A DNA stretch of 32,000 nucleotides from Promethearchaeota archaeon (GTDB lineage Archaea > Asgardarchaeota > Lokiarchaeia > Sigyniarchaeales > SOKP01). Positions 17,069 through 25,639 of this stretch are shown piece after piece. Each line of letters starts with the position of its first letter. Within the stretch, counting starts at the first letter, position 1. The notes below the pieces were generated by a model that saw nothing but the letters and a program-made list of their open reading frames with translations, did no database searches and was not told the origin of the DNA. The translations under genes were made by a program, and so were the position numbers. The stretch is taken from positions 300,001 through 332,000 of the forward strand of contig JAUWGH010000002.1 in NCBI GenBank assembly GCA_030606485.1. The letters are read 5' to 3'.

Positions 17069-18196
17069 ATGAAAGAGAAAATTTTAACCGATTTCATTAG
17101 AGAAGGACCTAATTATATTATCCGGCAAATGAAAAAAGAAGAAAAGAAGCAAATTCGAAAACTCGTGTGGCAAATTTTTCCTGTAACTGAAGCGTGGCCT
17201 TTTAGAATAACTCCAAACCTTTTGGTTGTTGAGCATGAAGGTAAATTAGTAGGGGGAGCCGCACTTAGAACCTTTTCTTTACTAAAAAAGCGTAAAGGGG
17301 GTTTTGTAGAATATATTTTTACCGCATCCGAAGTACAAGGAAAGGGTTTTGGTCAGAAATTAGTGGAAGCATCAATTGATCTATTAAAAGAACTGGGTTG
17401 CGATGAACTCATGACTCAAATAAAAGGGGATAATACCAGTTCAAGCAAGTGTTTTTCAACAAGAGGATTTACAATTCTATCTCCTGGTCAACAACTTCGA
17501 AGGTATGGAATCGGGATTGTCCCTTTATGGTTAGGTTCCATGCATATTCTTGCAAAAGGGCAGTTTCTATGGGTTCAAACTACTAAAGAAAAAGATAAGC
17601 CTGGAATACAGTGGATAGGAAGCCTTATTACAAACATACTCATATTCATGCTCTTATCCATCAGACCAGATACGGGTGTTCAGTTTAATTTAGATACTTT
17701 CTTCGCAATCTCTACCATATGGTTGTATTTCTTTAGTGTTCGATATGTTATCATGAAACTAACAGCAAAAGCGTTAAGTTTAAATTTACGGTTTCGACCA
17801 ATTGAAGATTGGTTTGGAATGAGCATTATTATGGGACTTGCAGGGGGAATTTGGATACCCGTGCCTGGAAATCTTTACCCTAAAGAAGATACATGGACCT
17901 ATAGAAATATTGCTAAAAAACTAGGGATCGTGGCGTTAATGGGTTCTTCCATCGTTTTGGCAAGCACTTGGATGTTATACTTCCTTCCTTATTTGTTAAT
18001 CATTCCTGATCAATTCGTTCTATGGTACCATTATGCTCTAACAACGGGAGGTATCTTGACTTTTCTCGATACTGCATTACCTTTCTTCCCGCTAGAAGTA
18101 TATAACGGGAAGAGAATATGGAATTTGAATAAGGTCGTATGGTTGATTATCACTACTCTAGGGATAACTGTCATAATTCTTGCAGTGTTCTTTTAA
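17069..18196 (+). CDS. GNAT acetyltransferase fused to a multi-pass membrane domain resembling a degenerate M50 (site-2) peptidase
   Basis: GNAT motif A FVEYIFTASEVQGKGFGQKLV and motif B NTSSSKCFSTRGF. The C-terminal TM domain contains IPVPGNLY, LGIVALMGS and ALPFFPLEVYNGKRIW. Confidence 0.75.
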   Translation: MKEKILTDFIREGPNYIIRQMKKEEKKQIRKLVWQIFPVTEAWPFRITPNLLVVEHEGKLVGGAALRTFSLLKKRKGGFVEYIFTASEVQGKGFGQKLVEASIDLLKELGCDELMTQIKGDNTSSSKCFSTRGFTILSPGQQLRRYGIGIVPLWLGSMHILAKGQFLWVQTTKEKDKPGIQWIGSLITNILIFMLLSIRPDTGVQFNLDTFFAISTIWLYFFSVRYVIMKLTAKALSLNLRFRPIEDWFGMSIIMGLAGGIWIPVPGNLYPKEDTWTYRNIAKKLGIVALMGSSIVLASTWMLYFLPYLLIIPDQFVLWYHYALTTGGILTFLDTALPFFPLEVYNGKRIWNLNKVVWLIITTLGITVIILAVFF

Positions 18197-18519
18197 TTTT
18201 TTTTCTTTCCCTTTATTTTTAGAAAATATACCTTTTACAGAATCCAGATAGACAAGGGAATAATCCAGAAATAAATATTTAAGAGCACTGAAACCAGTTT
18301 TCCCATAATTGGTGTGAGGATGCTCCAGATGAACCTTTATTTATCAAATTCTCAAAAATCTTTGAGGATAAAACTTGGGGTTAAGGTATTTTTTCAATAT
18401 TTTTCTTAATTTTTAAAAATCGAAAAAATTATAATTGTAAATTGATTTTAGTGCTTAATAATTTAGGATCAAAAAACTTAGTATTTACAAATAATAATAT
18501 TAAAGTCAATAATATTATA

Positions 18520-20163
18520 ATGGAATATCTTGTTGAAGAGCAAAATATTGTTAAAAAAGATTGGAGAACAATAAAATTATCATTTGCTTTAATATATCCG
18601 AATGTTTATCGCATTGGAATGTCTAGTTATTCTATACATCTTTTATATTCATTATTAAATTCAAGAGAAGATATTGTATGTGAAAGATTTTTTCTATCTG
18701 AAAAAATTAGATATCCTGCTTCTCAAGATATAAATGTAAATATGGGGAGAATTTTCAGTATAGAAAATCGAATTTTATTAAAAGAGTTTGATATTTTGGG
18801 ATTTTCAATTCAATTTGAAAATGATTATAGAAATGTTCTTTGGATTTTGGAAGCGGCAGGAATACCTCTAAGAGCCAAAGAACGACGTAAAAGATATAAA
18901 GAAAAGGGGATAATACACCCTTTAATAATTGCTGGTGGACCTTGTGCAACTTCAAATGCTATGGTTTTATCGGAATATATTGATTTATTTTTTATTGGTG
19001 ACGTTGAGCCAAATTTAAATGAATTTTTGGACTTAACAATAGAAATAAAAGAAAAGTTTATCAATTTGAATAATAACTTAGAAGTTTTTCGAAAAATCAA
19101 TGGTATATTTATCCCTTCGATAAAAAATAATTGCAAAAGAGCAATCTTAATAAATTTAGATGAATCAAAAACGCCTTTATTACAAATTAAATCAATTTTT
19201 GATCTACCAATAACCAATCTAAAAGGGCGTAAGAAACAAAAGGGATTATCTTTTGGTGATACATATCTACTGGAAATAAATCGTGGATGCCCATATAATT
19301 GTAAATTTTGTATCTCATGTCATCATAACACACCCTTTAGAAATAAAAGTTTTGAAGATATTATTAAAACGATTGATAAAGCCAGAGAATTTCAAAAGAT
19401 AAAAAAAATTACTTTTATTGGCTCCTGTGTGACAAGCCATCCGAATTTTATTAAGATTTGTAATTATTTATTGAAAAATAACATAGAATTTATGATACCA
19501 TCAATTAGGATTGATCATATTACCAAGAGATTAATTGGAATTTTAGAGAAAGGAAATATCAAAACAATAACAATAGCTCCTGAAACTGGTTTCAATAATC
19601 TTAGATATTCTATAGGAAAAAAGATTTCTAATGAACAAATAATAAAAGCCGCTAAAATTATAAGAACTTCAACTATTAAGAATATAAAATTTTATTTTTT
19701 AATTGGCTTGCCAGGCGAATGGGAGAATGAAGCTGATGCTATTGTGGAATTAATGACAGTTATCAGTGAATTAGGTTTTGAAAAAAATTCTTTAAAAGTC
19801 AATGTAAATCCTTTTATCCCTAAATTAAATACTCCTTTTCAAATCTATACAGATTATTTTTTTAAAGCTAATTTAATGAGCATAAAAAGTAAATTTGAAA
19901 AAATTCAAAATGGAATTAGCAAAATACCTTCAGTAAAATTAAAAATAAAAAATATTAAAAAAATAATAAATGAAGCAGTAATACAAACTCTTTTTTCTTT
20001 GGGGGATATTGAAGTCTCAAAATTATTATTGGATTATTATCATTATGGTGCAACCTTTGGGGCGTTAAAAAGAGTGGTAAAAGAATCAAAATTTTCATTT
20101 GATACATATTTTGAAAAGATTAAAGAAGGATACGGTCCTTTGCCACCTTCGTGTTCAATTTGA
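18520..20163 (+). CDS. Radical SAM protein with an N-terminal B12-binding-like region (uncharacterised family)
   Basis: CxxxCxxC motif in EINRGCPYNCKFC; FALIYPNVYRIGMS, IIAGGPCAT, TIAPETG, FYFLIGLPGE. The ATG at 18520 (MEYLVEEQN) is preferred to the TTG at 18442, whose extra codons look like intergenic DNA. Confidence 0.88.
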   Translation: MEYLVEEQNIVKKDWRTIKLSFALIYPNVYRIGMSSYSIHLLYSLLNSREDIVCERFFLSEKIRYPASQDINVNMGRIFSIENRILLKEFDILGFSIQFENDYRNVLWILEAAGIPLRAKERRKRYKEKGIIHPLIIAGGPCATSNAMVLSEYIDLFFIGDVEPNLNEFLDLTIEIKEKFINLNNNLEVFRKINGIFIPSIKNNCKRAILINLDESKTPLLQIKSIFDLPITNLKGRKKQKGLSFGDTYLLEINRGCPYNCKFCISCHHNTPFRNKSFEDIIKTIDKAREFQKIKKITFIGSCVTSHPNFIKICNYLLKNNIEFMIPSIRIDHITKRLIGILEKGNIKTITIAPETGFNNLRYSIGKKISNEQIIKAAKIIRTSTIKNIKFYFLIGLPGEWENEADAIVELMTVISELGFEKNSLKVNVNPFIPKLNTPFQIYTDYFFKANLMSIKSKFEKIQNGISKIPSVKLKIKNIKKIINEAVIQTLFSLGDIEVSKLLLDYYHYGATFGALKRVVKESKFSFDTYFEKIKEGYGPLPPSCSI

Positions 20164-20343
20164 AAAAATATTAGATTAAATAAGCGAAAAATCTAAATAA
20201 ATACGAATTTATAAAAATAAATGAGCTTAAGTTAAATTATACAGAATTTATCAATTTTTTGATTAATCTTCTCTATATAATTTTAGGTATTAATTAATAA
20301 ATCTATACTTAAGTAATGAAATTTATTTCATAAAAAATTCTTA

Positions 20344-20835
20344 TTATATTAATTTAAAATGAAATTGACATATATTATCTCCTAATCCTATAAATTTGTC
20401 TCTTTTTACTTGAATTTTGGGATTAAATGATTCAATAGCACTCTTATAAAGAGGAATACATATTTTCTTGCAAATTTGAGAGATTATATGGTGGCGCTCT
20501 TCATTTCTATCCATCATTGCTTTATAAGGACACTTTTTTATTTCGATATCTGCCTCTTTTTCCTCATTTTTGACAATTTCATACTCCCAACCTTCACAAC
20601 TCCATCTAAATGAGAGGATTTCAACTAAATCTTTAACAGAATCTGATTTTATGTTTAAATAACGTTTTATCCTACCAAGTATTATGTTTAAAAACTTCTG
20701 CCAAACTATTAAATCGATTTTTAACGCCGTCTCAAAATCAGTTTGATTCTCAATCTCCACTACAAATAAACCGTCAAGTGTAAAAAAATTCCTTTCAAAA
20801 TAAAACAATTTATCCTCTATACTTACATCCTTCAT
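20344..20835 (-). CDS. DUF6125 / V4R-like small alpha-beta protein
   Basis: FFTLDGLF, EIKKCPY, C-x3-C (ICKKIC) and terminal GDNICQFHF, the Cys pattern typical of V4R-fold proteins. Confidence 0.65.
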   Translation of the reverse strand: MKDVSIEDKLFYFERNFFTLDGLFVVEIENQTDFETALKIDLIVWQKFLNIILGRIKRYLNIKSDSVKDLVEILSFRWSCEGWEYEIVKNEEKEADIEIKKCPYKAMMDRNEERHHIISQICKKICIPLYKSAIESFNPKIQVKRDKFIGLGDNICQFHFKLI

Positions 20836-20899
20836 TTAAATTCAAATTCATTTATTTCATTAATTTAATTAAAATAATTTAAAGAAATCAGTGTTAATT

Positions 20900-22324
20900 T
20901 TATTTTTTTTTACTTTTATATTCATAATATATACCCCGATCATAATTTTCTTTTTTTTTAGAATGCAAATTCAATAAATCGGTGTGCAATTTGTTAAGAG
21001 ATTCGCCATGATATGGAAAAAAATATATGAAAATTAAACTAATTGAGTGCATCACAGAAGGTGCTACGAATAGGAGGATTTTAATCCCAATGATAGCTTC
21101 TGCAGATTGTGATGGGGCATCCCTAAGGAAACCAAAAATAAGTAAAACGCTTGTTGCAATAATTGGTCCTATACTTTCTGCTGGTTTGAATATAAGGGAA
21201 CTAACTCCTTGGAATATACTTTCCCGTCGACTTCCATGTTTAATTTCATCTTCATCTATTGCCAATGTTAAAAGGGTGAAATCAAAAACTAAAAATCCTG
21301 AAAACATTGAGCTAATAGATATACAAATCCAAATAATTGGAGCGGAATTAGTATTAAGAATTATTGCAAAACAAATTAAATTAACTATAATAAGAGCACA
21401 TTTAAGAATAAAAATTGTCTTTCGTATTCCCCATTTCTTAGCAACTTTCATATAGATAACTTGTGAAATATAACCAAGACCCATTGTAATTATCATAAAC
21501 AACATTGGTACAATCGGACCAGTCCCTAAGATGAATAAAAAGGCAAATAAAAATGATAATCCCATAGATCTTGCAAGGACGTTAAAGAAATTATAACCAG
21601 TTCGTGTTAAAAACGCTCTTGACTTAAGAACATCTTTCATCACTTGCAAAAGGTTATAATCCTCTTCAATTCTTAATTCAGGTCTTTCTTTTAGAATCCG
21701 AACTGCGATAAAGTATAAAATTATTGAGATTATTGCTATAATACCATTCAAGATTTGAAATGCTTGTAAACTGTTTTCAAACAATGGTTGTGCAAGAAAT
21801 ACAGGTATTGCAGCAAAGAGTTGTGAGAGATTAAAAATAAAATATAATTTATTACGCATTTCAATGCTATCAGTCATTTCTGCCATTAAGGACATATATA
21901 ATCCTATTACAATAGAAAGGAGGGTATCGAAAATACATATACTTAATATAAAATGAATGAATATTACTATTTGATCGGTATAACTCCAAGGAAACCACAT
22001 AAAAAAGTAAAGTATTGCCCATATAGGCCCACACCATTTGATATATATTAATCTTCGACTTCCCCATTTATCAATATTAGTACGATCACTTATATTTCCG
22101 GTTATTGGGTCATTAATTGCATTTATTGTTGCGTAAATCACCTGCCCAATAATAAAAAGTGTTTGATTTAAACCTAAAAAATTCCAGAAAAAATTAATAT
22201 ACATTAAAGTAAATATTCCTGCCATCATAAAACTTGGAGATGCTCCAATTCCATAAATAAATACCTGTTTTCGAGGCAACTTCTCGATTATTGATAAATT
22301 TTCTTTTTTTAATGGCTTTTCCAT
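20900..22324 (-). CDS. MFS transporter, glycoside-pentoside-hexuronide (GPH/MelB-like) family
   Basis: About 12 TM helices; INAINDPITGNISDRT, WGSRR, LMAEMT, IDEDEIKHGSRRESIFQG. Confidence 0.88.
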   Translation of the reverse strand: MEKPLKKENLSIIEKLPRKQVFIYGIGASPSFMMAGIFTLMYINFFWNFLGLNQTLFIIGQVIYATINAINDPITGNISDRTNIDKWGSRRLIYIKWCGPIWAILYFFMWFPWSYTDQIVIFIHFILSICIFDTLLSIVIGLYMSLMAEMTDSIEMRNKLYFIFNLSQLFAAIPVFLAQPLFENSLQAFQILNGIIAIISIILYFIAVRILKERPELRIEEDYNLLQVMKDVLKSRAFLTRTGYNFFNVLARSMGLSFLFAFLFILGTGPIVPMLFMIITMGLGYISQVIYMKVAKKWGIRKTIFILKCALIIVNLICFAIILNTNSAPIIWICISISSMFSGFLVFDFTLLTLAIDEDEIKHGSRRESIFQGVSSLIFKPAESIGPIIATSVLLIFGFLRDAPSQSAEAIIGIKILLFVAPSVMHSISLIFIYFFPYHGESLNKLHTDLLNLHSKKKENYDRGIYYEYKSKKK

Positions 22325-22540
22325 TTAATTCACTTTTTTTCAATTTTTAATCTTTATATTTCAAATTTATGGAAAAAATTAGGCATTATATTAAAAATAT
22401 TATTTTTTACGGATAATAATAGTTTTTAAAATTAATCAGTATTGAACGATGTTAAGTTTTAATTTCTTTTGAGTACAACTTCTCTTTTTTATAATTAAAT
22501 CTTATTTAGTATTTTGAAAAAAAAAAAGATTGCTTTTAAA

Positions 22541-23962
22541 TTAAATCAAATCCATAAATCCTTTGTATCCCATATGCATGAGATTATTTTGAATAAAGAG
22601 TTTCTCTAAATCAATTAAACCATCCGATTTGAGTTTTTTAATGTTTTTCTGGAACTTATATATTTCACTCTTGATAAGCTGAGTTGGATTAATCGGATTA
22701 TAAACACCGTTAGTTTTTAATATCCATTCTCGTTGCTGTAGCGTATTAAGAACATTATTAATCTCTGTTTCCTCTACTTTCATTACCTTACTTAACATCG
22801 AGATATCTGCATATCCTAAAGACATAAGGGTTGTATAAGTTTTTGCCTCGACCTCGGATACATTCAAAAGTTGTATAGCAGATATTACTTTCTCATCCAT
22901 TTTGGTTAATTTCGACTTTTTTCTTAGAGACTCTTTCTCGACTTTCGAGAGATCAATTGTATCAGCAACGGTTATTTTCCCAGCATCTACTGCATCATTA
23001 AATAGTTTTATCCCAATATCAGAGCGAATAATTACACTATTCCAATCATCTGCAGGAGCACCGACACTTCCTACTGATATATCTGCAAACTCAGCAGTGT
23101 AGTCCTTACAATATTGACAACTAGGCCAATTATGTACTTTAGTCTCTTTTATTGGAATTTCTTTAACCGACCCATCTTTCTTATAGACTAAGAATTTACC
23201 ACGTGAAATATCAATTTTTTTTACATCATTTATTGGTATTCTAAGTTCTTCTTGAACAGTTTTTCTCATTAAATCATATGAATAATTGGAGGAACAATAA
23301 AGTCCAATAATTAGGCTAAATTTACCAAATTTATCTGAGAGAGGTGGCCACAATTGGAGTTTTCTTGCCGCTTGAATTTGACAGGGCATACCAACAAAAG
23401 CAAGTTTTTCGAGCTCATATTCATATATTGCATCTTTATATGTTAATAAACTTGATGCAATAGTATAACGGGAGCCCGCAGCAGCCAATACTTCTTCTGG
23501 TGTTCTCGCAATAATAGGTTTTGGTTGCCAATTTTCATCCCTACCCGTAAGAAGAGCTCCATCAATTAATCCTGTATTTAGAGCGTGAATAAGTAGTGTA
23601 GTAACTACTCCACCATTTTGAGCTACCTTTAAAACTGATTCATCTGTGCTTTTTGCGACATTAGCTTTTTGATAATATCCTAACAAAGAATTTTTACGAG
23701 TTTGACCATTGAAAAATTCTTTCTCAGCCTCTTCTTCTGGAAAATAAGTTCTTGCGCAATATTTAAAGCACATAGAACACTCCGGATCGTATTCTAGAAG
23801 TTTTGGTTCTTTATCCTTTATATCAATGCGAGGACAAAGTGAAACACATGTTCCGCAAAGGACACAGAGATCTTTATCTAAAACGAAATCATACAAGTCT
23901 CGAAATCCGATACCTTCAACACAAGATTGTAAATAATCAATAATTGGCTCTTTTATTTCCAT
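22541..23962 (-). CDS. FrhB/FdhB-family (F420-dependent oxidoreductase beta subunit) protein with an N-terminal ferredoxin and a C-terminal TrmB-like HTH
   Basis: CVLCGTCVSLCP and CSMCFKYC; QNGGVVTTLL, AAAGSRY, VGMPCQ, IGLYC, CQYCKDYTAEFADISVGSVG. C-terminal LNVSEVEAKTYTTLMSLG...NNVLNTLQQREWI...YNPINP. Confidence 0.88.
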   Translation of the reverse strand: MEIKEPIIDYLQSCVEGIGFRDLYDFVLDKDLCVLCGTCVSLCPRIDIKDKEPKLLEYDPECSMCFKYCARTYFPEEEAEKEFFNGQTRKNSLLGYYQKANVAKSTDESVLKVAQNGGVVTTLLIHALNTGLIDGALLTGRDENWQPKPIIARTPEEVLAAAGSRYTIASSLLTYKDAIYEYELEKLAFVGMPCQIQAARKLQLWPPLSDKFGKFSLIIGLYCSSNYSYDLMRKTVQEELRIPINDVKKIDISRGKFLVYKKDGSVKEIPIKETKVHNWPSCQYCKDYTAEFADISVGSVGAPADDWNSVIIRSDIGIKLFNDAVDAGKITVADTIDLSKVEKESLRKKSKLTKMDEKVISAIQLLNVSEVEAKTYTTLMSLGYADISMLSKVMKVEETEINNVLNTLQQREWILKTNGVYNPINPTQLIKSEIYKFQKNIKKLKSDGLIDLEKLFIQNNLMHMGYKGFMDLI

Positions 23963-24227
23963 TTTTCAATCCTCTGTTATTTTTTTTTATTTATTTGATT
24001 TTAGTTTTTCTATAATCGCACATGTAATATAACCAAAATGATAATTTAAATTTTTATATTTGATAATCCTATATACCTTCTGCAATATATAATCTATGAT
24101 CTTGATAATAGAACCTATCAAATTAATAAATCTTATGAATTTAATAGATAACGTGATTTAAAAGGAAACATTTACTGATTAATTAAAAGAACTATATTAT
24201 TAAATTATAAATCATTTAACGATTGAA

Positions 24228-24755
24228 ATGAGAAAAAATAGAAAATTAATAGTATTTATGCTTATTCTGGAATTTTTTTTCTCAATACATATTATTAACT
24301 CCAAGGATTTTAAACCAAATTCAAAAATATCAAAAATAAAAATATTGGATGAGGATGATATTTTTGGAGAATTTACAGTAATTAGTCCAAATAGTCTTGA
24401 TGTATTAAGAATGGGGGAAAATTTCACTATAAAGTGGAATTTTATGGGTGACGTTAAATACGTCTCGATTGCATTATATAAAAGTATGGAATATATTGAT
24501 TCAATTGCCATTACTGCAAAAAATGACGGAGAGTATAAATGGAGTGTTGGACAATATGAGGAGGGAATAGACTATTCAATTCGTATATGGGATTATAATA
24601 ATTACCTAACTGGTGATTTTAGCGATTGTTTTCAAATTACGTCTAATAATGGCAGTCATTTTGAACCGATTATTAGTTTATTCCTAATTATTGGGATTTC
24701 AGTTGGAATAGTCTTTGTTATTATAATTTTTCTAAAAAAAGAGATATTTTCCTAA
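24228..24755 (+). CDS. Secreted, membrane-anchored single Ig-like domain protein (Kre9/KNH N-terminal-like)
   Basis: N-terminal signal helix; FTVISPN...GENFTIKW...VSIALYK...NDGEYKWSV...YSIRI...SDCFQI; C-terminal TM helix. Confidence 0.7.
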   Translation: MRKNRKLIVFMLILEFFFSIHIINSKDFKPNSKISKIKILDEDDIFGEFTVISPNSLDVLRMGENFTIKWNFMGDVKYVSIALYKSMEYIDSIAITAKNDGEYKWSVGQYEEGIDYSIRIWDYNNYLTGDFSDCFQITSNNGSHFEPIISLFLIIGISVGIVFVIIIFLKKEIFS

Positions 24756-24940
24756 AGAAAATCAAGATATGATTTATTAGTTAAAGGCTCAAATCCAAGA
24801 TCATCAGTTTTTAAAGAAATAAAAGGTGATATTGAATCACACATAAATGGCGCATGGAGGAATTGGAAAAAGTTCGAGAAGCATTAGAAAGGCAAGGTTA
24901 AAAAATTTTCATTTTAGCATATAAATAATATAAAAAATAT

Positions 24941-25606
24941 ATGAAAAATGAAATAAATAAAAGAAGGAAAAAATTAATGTCTAAAAGTAGTAAAGAAAGG
25001 ATAATTTGGAATGTGAAAGGAGTTTGGTACGAAGCGTGTGCAGCAGAGGGACATTGTTCGGTGTATTTTGGCAGAGATATGGGATCTCCCTGTAAATCTT
25101 TTCAATTATTTCAAATCATAGAGGGTAAAATTGGTAATGTAGATCTTAGCGGGGTTTTAGTGATCAATGTTATTGACTTATTTTCTCCAAAATTCGCCGA
25201 CTTAATGACTAAAGGTGGAGAAGGAGGTATATATATAAGCGACACCATCACTGATGAACAAAGAAGTTATTTAGAGCCTTTCTTTGTTAATAATATACCA
25301 GGTTTTCTATTATTAAAAAAACCTTTAGGAGTTAGAGTCGTTGAAATCAATCTAAATCAAGAAGGCAATACATACCATATTACAATGCCGTATGGAGAAA
25401 TGAAATTATCGTTAACACCCGGTGGTGATGGAAAGAACCCTCAACGTCTGGAGAACTCTATTTTTAGTGTATTTTTCTCGGATATCAAGATTTGCAATAC
25501 TCACTTCTGGAAATATAATGATTTCGGAAAAAAATGGGAATTTGTAAATAGAAGTGGTGCTATAGCAGATTTTAATTTAAAAGGTAAATCAAGAAAATTC
25601 TTTTAA
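24941..25606 (+). CDS. DUF1326 domain protein (start may be the ATG at 24977)
   Basis: WNVKGVWYEAC...C...C, IIEGKIGNVDLSG, IYISDTITDEQRSYLE. Confidence 0.7.
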   Translation: MKNEINKRRKKLMSKSSKERIIWNVKGVWYEACAAEGHCSVYFGRDMGSPCKSFQLFQIIEGKIGNVDLSGVLVINVIDLFSPKFADLMTKGGEGGIYISDTITDEQRSYLEPFFVNNIPGFLLLKKPLGVRVVEINLNQEGNTYHITMPYGEMKLSLTPGGDGKNPQRLENSIFSVFFSDIKICNTHFWKYNDFGKKWEFVNRSGAIADFNLKGKSRKFF

Positions 25607-25639
25607 TAATTTTTTTTATTTAAATCTAAATTAAATAAA

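Noticed and set aside
21027-21455. 142-aa antisense ORF, and the other short track ORFs (703, 1216, 6894, 9333, 12033, 14726, 18755, 18825, 21870, 22902, 24212, 26607, 29657, 30935)
   Set aside because: All overlap well-supported genes, mostly on the opposite strand, and show no independent coding signal.
22541-23962. Calling this an F420-reducing hydrogenase operon (frhB)
   Set aside because: There are no frhA, frhG or maturation genes nearby, and the protein has an extra HTH-like domain.
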